The notes under the pieces were generated by a model. That model had not been told where the DNA came from and ran no database searches. It worked only from the letters and a program-made list of their open reading frames with translations. Shown here in pieces: positions 51,201 to 60,140 of a stretch of DNA of 64,000 bases (within the stretch, counting starts at the first letter, position 1; every line of letters starts with the position of its first letter). The position numbers and the translations under genes are program-made. This DNA comes from an uncultured Veillonellaceae bacterium (GTDB lineage Bacteria; Bacillota; Negativicutes; JARBTT01): the NCBI GenBank assembly GCA_963805085.1, contig CAWDTA010000005.1:771464-835463 (forward strand), written 5' to 3'.

Positions 51201-51421
51201 TGGGGCAAAAAGTATTGCAGGCGGCTACTAATACAGTTCTATGCTATGACGGTAGTTATATTATTCCGGACGGACGAGCGATGTTAATTAAAAATGATAC
51301 TGAGCATGATTTTGTTAGTCTGGAAACTGGTTTTGTTTTAAGAACGAAATTTAAAGAACCTAATATGAAAGCAGAGAAATATTTACAGTGGAATGGTACG
51401 CAGTTCATTGAATTAATATGA
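48290..51421 (+). CDS. Central tail fibre/host-specificity (gpJ-like) protein
   Basis: GTPIPVILGT, GFKYYLG, LFGGPDENGG, PAYR, DINPA, WGL, LIRND, RGVYDTVP..H; 1043 aa. Confidence 0.8.
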   Translation: MALNPYAGWGLSTLALYFLNKSSKSQSDSSSLKPSDLNVTETKIGTPIPVILGTSLIKSPLTIYYGDFRAEAYTETYAAHANFSAWPLVFALIAQYIAAPSTTVGNGGGPVKTSGGAGSCTVTIAGKDMAVGPLINALFMWLLSWLINGRNLKTTLQKGFKYYLGYQQLICWSGENVKLKKIYMNEELVWEGSVGAKEQNGSALVIPINNDQLFGGPDENGGFVGEIHVYFGGANQMPDAWMVNQMQADSIQQELRGLTPAYRPFISVVIPSAYVGKQATVPTMWYEIENIPDHLGLGRVDEDINPAEAFYEMHVNKNWGLAESEEILNLDALKEIGETLQEEKIGITLPLTSKVTAGQIIDSICEHINAVKFIEPKDGKLTYRLIRNDLNQYKTDEELPEDQKNLKEIFLLNESNISTISFSRLDWRETVSEISATYTDRSALYETGSLSDTDQANVEINNGIQTTKTYSYPYFTKAENALWAAKRELMQQGYPLATASVEGNRNLYMLRLGDICCLNFPAYGIKNMLFRVTDVNLGNFTDGKIKIELMEDIFSLAKTDFNFSDSTEWKPEPLYPTGVQAFNYFELPYEIMQIKDTYVFAFAAKPDLKTQAWTIWRKRAGENFETTNTMSKWTATGRLIYDYDAFGNAEDLTGIEIIDLGGIEDLRFSALSDSATNIVSARRGGKLLMMGNELMAWSNIAQIPNGNWRVQGIIRGVYDTVPERHGNGEIIYFIESGHYANVTTGGPVCHERNIVDEFYNITTSTVNEKEDFDNAKVRRLTTVRRAERPSPPGKIRMNAHLLYEQVNTSKIAGDLNIKWFARNKQFSFGCVSQDDEKEYWSSTAFTPPVGLEYIVNVYVDDKQIKEYTLPDTASIFEYSWAQRAIDGGNLAGITGETTIEIYAKLNDLLSYQAQKRTFNWSIPTMVNGVVDEQTALKCISNWGDTAEIVVPQNTASDEQYVKYVNLPVILLGQKVLQAATNTVLCYDGSYIIPDGRAMLIKNDTEHDFVSLETGFVLRTKFKEPNMKAEKYLQWNGTQFIELI

Positions 51422-51435
51422 TGGGAGGAAAGATA

Positions 51436-52581
51436 ATGGCGGAGGAAAGTGTAACAAAAAATCTAGGACTACCGCTAATTTTAGGCTCCGATTATGTGAT
51501 GCGGGAGAAAATTAACGATTCGATAAAAACCATTGATGATGTTGTTTTACCCAAAGCGCATGCAGATAGCAAATCGCATTTTGATATGTGGAAACCTAAC
51601 ACAGTCTATAAAAAACAAGATATAGTCAGAACCCCGACTTGTCCGAGTTGGGGCTTTTATATGTGCAGTGTTGGTGGAACGTCTGGAACCGTAGAGCCAC
51701 AAGGATACGGTGAGGGTGATATCGTTACAGACGGCACTACTGCATGGATATTAAAACTATTCGGTGGGGCAACCTTCATAAAACATCAGGATTTACAAGG
51801 GCGTAATTTTGCAAATCAACACGTGATTAGTGCAATTACTGGATTACAAGAAGCGTTAAATTTAAAAGAAAATACATTAAACAAGGGACAGGCTGGTGGC
51901 TATGCTGAGTTAAATTCAAGTGGTTATGTACCAATGTCTCAATTACCTCCAAATGTTAAAGAAATGCGGGTAGTTAGTAATATAGCTGACCGTAACGTCA
52001 TCAATGGAACCAATCTATATGACGGTCTACAAGTTCACGTTGTAGATGCTACTGGAGATACTACCGTTACGTCTGGATGGGCTGAATATATTTATGACGC
52101 TACTAATACTACTTGGATTAAAAGAGCTGAAAAAGAAAGCATGGATGTGGTGCTAAAATGGGATAACATCCAAGGTATTCCTAATGTAGTAGCTGGCTTG
52201 TCAGATCATAATGACAAATTAGACTATAAAGGGGCGCTAGTATATGAAGATATAAGAACAGTAGTCTTCGTGGGGGGCGAAACTGAAATAATGTATCCGT
52301 GGAATGGCACAATACAAAAAATCGCGGTCATTTGCTCTGAGCCACAAACCGCATCTTTATTGTTTAATGTTGAAATGCAATCAAAAGCAAATTATGTTGC
52401 AAAGTCAGATATATGGTCACTGGTTGGGGGGAGTGCATTAACATTACCAAAAAGTACTTCATATCAAGAATATAGTGGCTTGTCTACCAATATGTCCATA
52501 TCATCTGGCGATGTTATCAGAGCTTCAACCGCTGGAGACGACACTGGTGTTGTTTTCCACGTAACTATAAAAAATAATTAA
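51436..52581 (+). CDS. Tail fibre/anchor protein, cassette B
   Basis: N-terminus paralogous to 26164-27459; NKGQAGGYAELNSSGYVPMSQLP fibre motif; ATG after GGAGG. Confidence 0.75.
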   Translation: MAEESVTKNLGLPLILGSDYVMREKINDSIKTIDDVVLPKAHADSKSHFDMWKPNTVYKKQDIVRTPTCPSWGFYMCSVGGTSGTVEPQGYGEGDIVTDGTTAWILKLFGGATFIKHQDLQGRNFANQHVISAITGLQEALNLKENTLNKGQAGGYAELNSSGYVPMSQLPPNVKEMRVVSNIADRNVINGTNLYDGLQVHVVDATGDTTVTSGWAEYIYDATNTTWIKRAEKESMDVVLKWDNIQGIPNVVAGLSDHNDKLDYKGALVYEDIRTVVFVGGETEIMYPWNGTIQKIAVICSEPQTASLLFNVEMQSKANYVAKSDIWSLVGGSALTLPKSTSYQEYSGLSTNMSISSGDVIRASTAGDDTGVVFHVTIKNN

Positions 52582-52604
52582 AAAATTTAAGGGGGAATTT
52601 TATT

Positions 52605-53471
52605 ATGGCTATACCAACAAATTATATTTTTACTTCGGGAACTTGTGCAAAATCAGCAATATATCAACTTATTATCGACAAATTAACTTCTGCAGGGTGG
52701 AGTAATGTGGCGTCTTTAGCTAGTTCTGATTTTGTAGTAATGAAATCAAAAGGAAACACTGGAGATAAAAATTTAATATTAAATCTTAGAGACACAAGCT
52801 CTACTGCAGCAAATTCGATAGTGACCACTGATTATTGTTGTATGTCCTATAGATTACAGGATACTTATGTGCCGGGGGCGGCAGGTGTAGCAGGGACATT
52901 TGGTAGACCAGCTTTAGCGTGGACTAATTTATATATCGTCCCTGTAGCAGTTACAACTACTTTGGGTAAAGACACAGTTGTTAATTATAAAGTTTATGCG
53001 GATGCGAGTAAGCTAATTTTAGAAATAGAGTATCCATCTCCTACGTTGATAGCTCCATTATTAATTTATATTGGTGAACCAGATACGATATATGTTAGCG
53101 ATTCAAATTCTAGTGGTGTATTAGTAGCGACAACATCGCAGAGTGTTGCAGCATCTCAGTTACTTATTTCTAACACTTCGGATACTGTAGCATCTGTAAC
53201 CGTTCCATATAATTTAACAACATATGCTTTGTTACCTCCTGGTGACCCTAACGTATGCAGTAGATATATGGCATCACCTATTTACTACGGTAGTGTAGCT
53301 GAAGGTTTTAGAGGTAAACTGGATGGAGTTAAATGTTGCTATTATTCTGGTACTAATTTTATTACAGGAGATACTATTACAATAGGAACTGTCAATTACT
53401 ACGTAGTTGTTGCGGCATCTGTGGGTGCAACATCATTTCCAAGTAGGGCATTGCTTATTCAGATAGCATAG
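52605..53471 (+). CDS. Tail fibre-associated structural protein
   Basis: KLTSAGW, GFRGKLDGV, GDTITIG..NY resemble the 41539-42480 family. Confidence 0.55.
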   Translation: MAIPTNYIFTSGTCAKSAIYQLIIDKLTSAGWSNVASLASSDFVVMKSKGNTGDKNLILNLRDTSSTAANSIVTTDYCCMSYRLQDTYVPGAAGVAGTFGRPALAWTNLYIVPVAVTTTLGKDTVVNYKVYADASKLILEIEYPSPTLIAPLLIYIGEPDTIYVSDSNSSGVLVATTSQSVAASQLLISNTSDTVASVTVPYNLTTYALLPPGDPNVCSRYMASPIYYGSVAEGFRGKLDGVKCCYYSGTNFITGDTITIGTVNYYVVVAASVGATSFPSRALLIQIA

Positions 53472-53484
53472 GAGGTAAATCCTA

Positions 53485-55581
53485 ATGGCTACAAGATTTT
53501 ATGAATTTGGAGGGCTATCATCTGTCAACGGTGTTTTCACCGTTGATGGAGTTAGTCATACTTATTCGTTTTCAGGAACTTATGGTGGAAATGATGCTAG
53601 TTACGCAGTAGATATAGATTATGGTAGTCAATGGACAGGAAATTATTATTATGCTGAATGTGCATGGCAAATAAACTTTTCAAGTTCCTTTTATAATTCT
53701 TTTAAATTACTTAATTTATCTATGTATCTCTGGCTAGAAAACCCTTGTGCTTTATTTGCATATGATGATAGTAGTTGGACCATGATAGCATATTTACCTC
53801 GTGGTTGGACGAATGGCGTAGTAGTTCAATATGAGCAGCATCAAGGTAAGAAATATAGTGCTTTTAAACTTTACAAATATAATTCTAGTAGCTATAGAAT
53901 GAGATTATACGACATTAGATTTACATTTGAAGCTAATGATTATGAGGTAATTAAAAGGAAAGGTTTTGAATTAGAGTCGCTTGAAAGTGGAAGAAGAACA
54001 GAGTGGTTTGATAACGGCTTCGCTTTGGATGATATTGAAATTGCCTCAATATCTAACCTAAAGGAAACTGGATTATATATAGAAGGTCCTCGAATTGGGG
54101 TTTTTGGTAATACCAACAATAAAGGTTTAGAAATAGAAAATGTTGAAATAGGTAATATTTATAATAAAATCGTTACGGGGCTAGATATAGGAGAATTTGA
54201 TAACGCTACTTTCACTCATTTTAATGGTATAGCAAATTCGTCTGGTGAAATAGAAATATCCACCATTAAACATTTTCAGGGTAATGGTAATGATACAGGG
54301 GTAGATGATGCTAGTGATATTTCAAGAAATGTTACAGCAATTGATGTATACGTTGAGCCTGGTGGTGATGTTTTACGTATTAGAGCAGGTAACGATGTGG
54401 GTCTAGATACAGCTGGTAATCGTTATTCTAATGTACGGGGGATTGAAGTAGATAATATAGAAGCTAGCTCAACTGCAATATATAGATATGCTTTAACTGT
54501 AACACCAACTCATCAATATAAAAATATGCCAGTAAAGGTGTCTTTAGTTAGCCGGTCTACCGTTGGCATATATGGTAGATACAGCGTAATATTGAATGAT
54601 TCTGTTATTATTCAACCTGCAGCAATTAATGCAGCTATGAATAATATAGATTTTGTAATTACTCCTAGTCAGTTAACCATAGGAATTAACAAAGTAAGAA
54701 TAAAATTGCTATATTCAGATGGGGTACAAGAGTATTTAGATTTTGAAGTGCTTAAGGAAGAATCTAAAAGGACAGTAGTAGAAAGATTATTTCGTGATTA
54801 TGATGGGGGATTTACTGGAAATGGTTATGCTCCACCCCAAATATTAATACCAAATATTTATCCAAGTTGGTTTGCAACGATCAATTCACCTACTAGTTTA
54901 ATGAAAACAACTGATTATACGAGAATATCACTAGCTCATTATACTGCAATGCAAGGGGTGTCAATTGTAGGCAGTGGTTTGTCAATATTAGTAAGTTTTG
55001 ATAAAGGGGCAACATGGGAATCTTTTATCAATAATGTTTGGACTCCAGTTGATGTTTCAAATATAGCAATATATGGGATGACGGTTGAAGCGATTAATGG
55101 CATAACAATAGCCCAATGGACAGACATTTTTACACCGACTTCAATTGATTTTGCTGTATATTTCAATGATAATTCGTTGAATAACTTTTATGCATTAGAA
55201 ACAAGCCCTAGCATAGTGTTATATGGGGCTACCAATCTTACGCTAACTAATAATTTAACAACCACTATACAGATTCCAGATGGTTATATGGCGACTAAAA
55301 TAACATCGGCTGATAAAGGAGGGAGCATTAACCCATCATACCCTGTAATTAGAACAATATATAGCAATATACACCCGACCGGATATGCTTATGAAATGCC
55401 TGGTAGCTGCGTTTATTCCGCACAAACAGGTGAACGCGTTAGTAAAGTTACTTTTTATCGTTACAATGGAACTGCTTGGATTATGGTAACGGTTAAAGGA
55501 CAACCAGTTAAAGCATACCTTAAATCAATCACCGTAAATATGATCCCAAGTCCATTTACAGGATACGCTTTTATTATTTAA
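53485..55581 (+). CDS. Large putative receptor-binding protein, cassette B
   Basis: Beta-rich 698 aa; VSFDKGATW...YGMT..IN.I..QW domain resembling the C-terminus of 28174-30891. Confidence 0.55.
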   Translation: MATRFYEFGGLSSVNGVFTVDGVSHTYSFSGTYGGNDASYAVDIDYGSQWTGNYYYAECAWQINFSSSFYNSFKLLNLSMYLWLENPCALFAYDDSSWTMIAYLPRGWTNGVVVQYEQHQGKKYSAFKLYKYNSSSYRMRLYDIRFTFEANDYEVIKRKGFELESLESGRRTEWFDNGFALDDIEIASISNLKETGLYIEGPRIGVFGNTNNKGLEIENVEIGNIYNKIVTGLDIGEFDNATFTHFNGIANSSGEIEISTIKHFQGNGNDTGVDDASDISRNVTAIDVYVEPGGDVLRIRAGNDVGLDTAGNRYSNVRGIEVDNIEASSTAIYRYALTVTPTHQYKNMPVKVSLVSRSTVGIYGRYSVILNDSVIIQPAAINAAMNNIDFVITPSQLTIGINKVRIKLLYSDGVQEYLDFEVLKEESKRTVVERLFRDYDGGFTGNGYAPPQILIPNIYPSWFATINSPTSLMKTTDYTRISLAHYTAMQGVSIVGSGLSILVSFDKGATWESFINNVWTPVDVSNIAIYGMTVEAINGITIAQWTDIFTPTSIDFAVYFNDNSLNNFYALETSPSIVLYGATNLTLTNNLTTTIQIPDGYMATKITSADKGGSINPSYPVIRTIYSNIHPTGYAYEMPGSCVYSAQTGERVSKVTFYRYNGTAWIMVTVKGQPVKAYLKSITVNMIPSPFTGYAFII

Positions 55582-55641
55582 ATACTAATTCTTAGAAAGA
55601 GCCGATATAGGCTCTGTTTTTTATGCTGAAAGGATGATGAT

Positions 55642-56070
55642 ATGTTAGATTTTTTTTTGAACATGTATACAGTAACTGAACTTAAAATATTAGCGGTTGC
55701 GGGGGTTTTAGGCACAATATTTGCAAAGACAATAGGTGGTTTTGATATTCAAGTAAAAATGCTTATGTTATTTGTATTTATCGATTATGTAACAGGAATG
55801 TATGCCGCTTGGAAAGCAAAACAATTGTCAAGCCAGATTGGATTTAAGGGTATAGGGAAAAAGGCAACTATCTTTGCGGTAGTTGCCTTTTTCTATGGTG
55901 CTGATTTATTGTTTAACACCAATACCTTGCGTTACATGGCGATATGTGCTTATGGCGTACTTGAATTAGTTAGTATTGTCGAAAATGCTGACAAAGGCGG
56001 CTGGGGTAATTTATTCCCATATTTCGTTAGAGAGAAATTGGCTCAAATAAAAGAAGAAAAGAAACTTTAA
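55642..56070 (+). CDS. Phage holin (toxin secretion/phage lysis family)
   Basis: IDYVTGM.AA, SSQIGFKGIGKK, ELVSIVENA; TM helices; precedes lysin. Confidence 0.9.
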   Translation: MLDFFLNMYTVTELKILAVAGVLGTIFAKTIGGFDIQVKMLMLFVFIDYVTGMYAAWKAKQLSSQIGFKGIGKKATIFAVVAFFYGADLLFNTNTLRYMAICAYGVLELVSIVENADKGGWGNLFPYFVREKLAQIKEEKKL

Positions 56071-56093
56071 TTTATGAAAGAGGTCGATGAAAA

Positions 56094-56609
56094 ATGAAAA
56101 TTTGTATCAACGCAGGGCATTGCCCAGGACTTGATAGTGGTGCTATAGGAGCATTTTTGCAGGAGGCAGATGTAGTAAAAAATATTGCTGAAATCGTATG
56201 TAGGGATTTACGAGCAGCCGGCTATGAAATTTTATTCGTACAGGAAAATGAACTTGCAGATATCACTAATGCAAGCAATACATTTTGTGCTGATTTATTC
56301 GTGTCGTTACATTGTAATGCGGCTGCTAACACTGAAGCGAAAGGAACAGAAACGTTTTGCTATGCTTCCGGCGGTGCAGGTGACTCGCTAGCTTTTTGCA
56401 TTCAAAATCAGATTGTAAATTCGCTGGGTACTGTTGATCGTGGCATAAAATACAGTACTGAATTGTATGTACTTAAACATACTGATTGCCCAGCAGTTTT
56501 GGTTGAAACAGCGTTTGTCAGTAATGCTGATGATGAGCAGTTACTTGCAAATCGTCAAATTGATTTTGCGCATGCCATTTCAAGGGGCTTAACTGATTAT
56601 TTCGCGTAG
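56094..56609 (+). CDS. Endolysin, N-acetylmuramoyl-L-alanine amidase (Amidase_3), catalytic domain only
   Basis: NAGH, E, FVSLHCNA, GTET, LYVL, PAVLVETAF. Confidence 0.92.
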   Translation: MKICINAGHCPGLDSGAIGAFLQEADVVKNIAEIVCRDLRAAGYEILFVQENELADITNASNTFCADLFVSLHCNAAANTEAKGTETFCYASGGAGDSLAFCIQNQIVNSLGTVDRGIKYSTELYVLKHTDCPAVLVETAFVSNADDEQLLANRQIDFAHAISRGLTDYFA

Positions 56610-56698
56610 AAAGTTAAGTCCATATAAATGAAAACGCATAAATCGAATCCTAAGAGGTCGATTTTAAGTTCTTTATTAATTTTAGGAGGTTTTTTGAA

Positions 56699-57355
56699 AT
56701 GGATGAAAAAGAATTAGCCGAAAAAGTTATGAAAGAAACAGCACAAAAAGTCGAAATATTACCAACGCGCATAAAAGTAACCATAGCTATTTGGGCTATG
56801 GCTTTACTTTTTCTAGGCGGATACCTTATTTATGAATATTTTTTTGCTAAACCGCAGTTAGATACATATGAAAGCCAGCAACAAGCCGAAACATCTCAAG
56901 GTGTAAAAGAAGCTGCTAATAATGCACATGTTGATATGCTGCAGAGTCAGCTAGATGAAGCAGCAAAACAAATTGCCGCACTCAAAAATAAGGGACCGGA
57001 TACTATAACGCATACAGTTGTACAGCAAGTGCCTGTCGTCGTTGAAAAAGAACGGCAGAAGTCTGGTGCTGATTTTGTTATTATTACAAATCCTAAAAAT
57101 CCAGATCAGAAAGTAGATTTATCGCAGTACAAAGAAAATGATCCGATTGTACTCAATCAATATAACGTACATGCATATAAAAAAATATTGCGGCAAGTTG
57201 ATTATGCACCTAAAAACGTGGATAATTGGACACCTGCCGAAGTTGGATATTCAGTATCAAGAAAGATATCGAATGATGGCAAATATTTAGGTGTTGCTGT
57301 TGACCATAATTTTGACAATAAAAAAACAATTGTTAAATTGAGATATACTTATTAA
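56699..57355 (+). CDS. Membrane-anchored lysis-cassette protein (spanin-like candidate)
   Basis: N-terminal TM, coiled coil, C-terminal beta strands; follows holin and lysin. Confidence 0.5.
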   Translation: MDEKELAEKVMKETAQKVEILPTRIKVTIAIWAMALLFLGGYLIYEYFFAKPQLDTYESQQQAETSQGVKEAANNAHVDMLQSQLDEAAKQIAALKNKGPDTITHTVVQQVPVVVEKERQKSGADFVIITNPKNPDQKVDLSQYKENDPIVLNQYNVHAYKKILRQVDYAPKNVDNWTPAEVGYSVSRKISNDGKYLGVAVDHNFDNKKTIVKLRYTY

Positions 57356-57492
57356 ATTTATTTTAAGTTAAGTTTAAACATTGCGATCAGAAAAATATCT
57401 ATATAAGTAAAAGTCGATATATAGGTAATATGCAGTGCAAATAAGAGCTTCTTAAATATACAAAAATAATAATTTATTTGGAGGATTGTAAA

Positions 57493-58158
57493 ATGGCGAC
57501 AGTAGGACAAGTTCTAACCGCTCCGGAAGAAGGATGGAGAAGATTAGACGATAGAGATAAAAATATAAGTTATATAGGAACATGGACAACAGATGCAATT
57601 TCTGGTGAATATAATACAACTATAACGGTTATCCCAGAAGGTGTTTCTGTGGATGTGGTAAATTCTAGCTCAATAAAATTTAACTTTACAGGAACATCAA
57701 TAAGATTTATTCATTCTAAGCATCCACAACATTCAAAAACTATTAGTTATAAAATAGATGGTGAATTAGTATGTACGGCAAATATGGATAATGATACTGT
57801 GATTAGACAAATTTTAGGACTTGAAAAAACAGATTTAGTGAATAAAGAACATTCTGTAGAAATATATTCAGGTGATGGGATACGATTTGATTTTGATTGC
57901 CTAGATATAGATGCTACCGGAGAACTTAAACCATATTCACGTGGCAAAGTCTTATTAAGAATCACCATGAATGATTCTAGTGAACGAGAGTATTATTTAC
58001 TTGATTATGAAGCTGATGAATTTGTCAAATGGTGTAATCGTACTGTTGATACAGGAAATTCGTATTATATTTTTAATAAGGCTGTTGGTTCACAAAATAG
58101 CAAAGAGTATTTATTCTTTGAAAAAATTATTAGCTTTGGAGTAATTGAGCTTAAATAA
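57493..58158 (+). CDS. Hypothetical protein with beta-sandwich (carbohydrate-binding-like) domain
   Basis: GGAGG RBS; FNFTGTSI..IDG..EHSVEI pattern; C-terminal LLRITMNDSSEREY domain. Confidence 0.6.
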   Translation: MATVGQVLTAPEEGWRRLDDRDKNISYIGTWTTDAISGEYNTTITVIPEGVSVDVVNSSSIKFNFTGTSIRFIHSKHPQHSKTISYKIDGELVCTANMDNDTVIRQILGLEKTDLVNKEHSVEIYSGDGIRFDFDCLDIDATGELKPYSRGKVLLRITMNDSSEREYYLLDYEADEFVKWCNRTVDTGNSYYIFNKAVGSQNSKEYLFFEKIISFGVIELK

Positions 58159-58164
58159 TGCTAG

Positions 58165-58215
58165 AAAAAACAGCGTAACTAGGTACTTGAATTAGTACTT
58201 GGTTACGCTGTTTTT
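58165..58215. terminator. Long bidirectional terminator
   Basis: AAAAACAGCGTAACTAGGTACT...AGTACTTGGTTACGCTGTTTTT. Confidence 0.85.
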
Positions 58216-58494
58216 ATAAAAAAAAGACCACACAGTTGGTGGTCTTACATGGAGTAGAGAAACTTATAGAATCTATTGCGGTAGATCCTAGTAAAGCTAG
58301 TATATCCAATAATTTATGACTTATACAATTTATAATGGGAGAACAAGACCAGCGCCGTTGGTGGTCTTGTTCGAAGTGGAGTTCTTCAATGATAGTATGC
58401 TCTAAATTATGGATTTTATACAAATTTATTGATAAAAATAATTTTAATAATTGAGGTGGAAGGACGGATGGACGATAAGTCTTGTATTCTTCAC

Positions 58495-58602
58495 TTATTT
58501 TATATACTTGTAAATGTGACATAAAATATATCCAATTAAAAACACAAGAAACCAGATAAGTAGTAAAATACAGAATCTTGGTAAATAAATATTAAGAAGC
58601 AT
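58495..58602 (-). CDS. 35-aa hydrophobic peptide (not in ORF track)
   Basis: AGGAGGAG RBS; MLLNIYLPRFCILLLIWFLVFLIGYILCHIYKYIK. Confidence 0.55.
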   Translation of the reverse strand: MLLNIYLPRFCILLLIWFLVFLIGYILCHIYKYIK

Positions 58603-59004
58603 GTGGGACATCTCCTCCTAAAAATTCAGCTCATATAATAGATTATTTTTTGATATATCTTCTGGTGCTGACTATTCATGCTTGGTTTTGGGATGAGATT
58701 TAAGTAAAAAATATTATGGCTGTAAATAAACTAGAATATATTTATATAATAGGTAGTACTGAAAAAAAAGATGAAGTTGATAATCAATTTTGTTTATCTA
58801 GCCCTCGAAGAGCAGCAAAAAACAATAAATAAAGTAGAAAAAGTGAGTATAAAAATAAATTTATACTCACCTAAATGGGTTTTATGAATTGCTCGCGTTT
58901 AGCAGTGCCTATTCGATTCTCGTAGCAATGGTATAGATTGGATTTTTACAAATATTCGTACTTACTTAATATTGATGTAAGCATGCGTGGTGAGTGTTAG
59001 AACT

Positions 59005-59685
59005 CTAATAATAATTATGAATACCTACGGCAATTGCTTCAGCTAGCTTTTTTTGATATTCAGGAGTTTGTAGTGCCATCCGTTCCTCCATATTAGTAAT
59101 GTAACCGACTTCAATCAGCGCCGCGGGGATTTTGTTACGGCGTAGTACAAAGTAGTCTGCATTCTTAGCAGTTCTATTAGCTTCGGTAACCTTACAAAGT
59201 TCGCCTTGTATTGAATTGGCTAATGTTTTACCACTATCGGACTTAGAATAGTAAAAGACCTCGGCTCCATGCCGTTTCGCATCATTGGCGACGGCATTAG
59301 CATGAATACTAATAAATAAATCCGCGTCTGATTCCTCGACTATTTCTACACGCGCTGCCAAATCACGATGATAGCGCCCTCTGACTTTTTCATTGTCACA
59401 TTCGCCACTAAGATCTACATCGGCTTGACGGGATAAGATAACTTTACAGCCGTATTGGTTGAGAATGTCTTTAAGATCTAACGCTATTGCCAGATTAATA
59501 TCTTTTTCAAGCACACCTGAACGATTGGCGCCAGGGTCAATACCACCATGACCGGCATCAACGACAATTACTTTGCTCGTTAGCGTATGGGACAGAGTAT
59601 GGACAGATACGAAGGTGCCTAGCAGTAACATGGCTGGTATTAGGAAGCCGATAAAGCGATGTTTGGCAGTGCATAGAACCTTCAT
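59005..59685 (-). CDS. N-acetylmuramoyl-L-alanine amidase (CwlD-like)
   Basis: TM/signal, VDAGHGGIDPGA, EKDINL, DLAARV, ISIHAN, ALIEVGY. Confidence 0.88.
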   Translation of the reverse strand: MKVLCTAKHRFIGFLIPAMLLLGTFVSVHTLSHTLTSKVIVVDAGHGGIDPGANRSGVLEKDINLAIALDLKDILNQYGCKVILSRQADVDLSGECDNEKVRGRYHRDLAARVEIVEESDADLFISIHANAVANDAKRHGAEVFYYSKSDSGKTLANSIQGELCKVTEANRTAKNADYFVLRRNKIPAALIEVGYITNMEERMALQTPEYQKKLAEAIAVGIHNYY

Positions 59686-60140
59686 GGCGTTTTCTCACTC
59701 CTCTCATGAAAAAATGTATATGCAAAAAAAGCAGAAGTATAACAATTTTTACTACGAAAATCATTATAAAGTGAGTCTTAAATAATATAATTTTATATAT
59801 TTCTAAATCTCAAAAGAATTTCAAAAAATTATTGATAAAGTTTAAGGCATAAAGTAAATATTACTTATTTCAAAGTATACAGGGGCGTATTTTATTAAGG
59901 ATATAAGTTGATGTTCCAGAATCAAAAACAGATGATAGTAATTAAATTGCATTTAGAATTTAATTCAATTCAACTGATAATATAAATATTATCAAAAAGA
60001 TGCTTATCTTAATTTTGAGATAGGCACCTTCTTCTTTAGGTGTTGCTGCTGGTTCTGAATTTTATTATAAGAAATGGATAATAAGATTAAGAATCATATT
60101 TTAAGCCTTTAAATTTTATTGGACTACGTCCCTTGCTTCT

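Larger units (their letters stand above)
23634..58215. mobile_element. Headless phage-tail-like element (candidate non-contractile tailocin, or domesticated prophage remnant)
   Basis: Repressor/antirepressor, late activator, tail tube, chaperone, tape measure, tail tip, fibres, holin, amidase; no capsid, portal, terminase, integrase, replication or sheath gene recognised; boundaries approximate. Confidence 0.8.

Noticed and set aside
31841-51421. Contractile system (R-type tailocin, PBSX, eCIS)
   Set aside because: No sheath or baseplate wedge (gpJ/gp25-type) genes; tube, chaperone and tip are siphovirus type
26164-52581. Invertible fibre switch (shufflon, Gin/Cin type)
   Set aside because: Both cassettes are in the same orientation with complete 5' ends; no recombinase gene or inverted crossover sites seen
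23634-58215. Complete inducible prophage or gene transfer agent
   Set aside because: No capsid, portal, terminase, integrase or replication genes recognised; no att repeats seen
58214-58522. 102-aa minus-strand ORF
   Set aside because: No RBS, runs through hairpins, atypical composition; overlaps a better-supported short ORF
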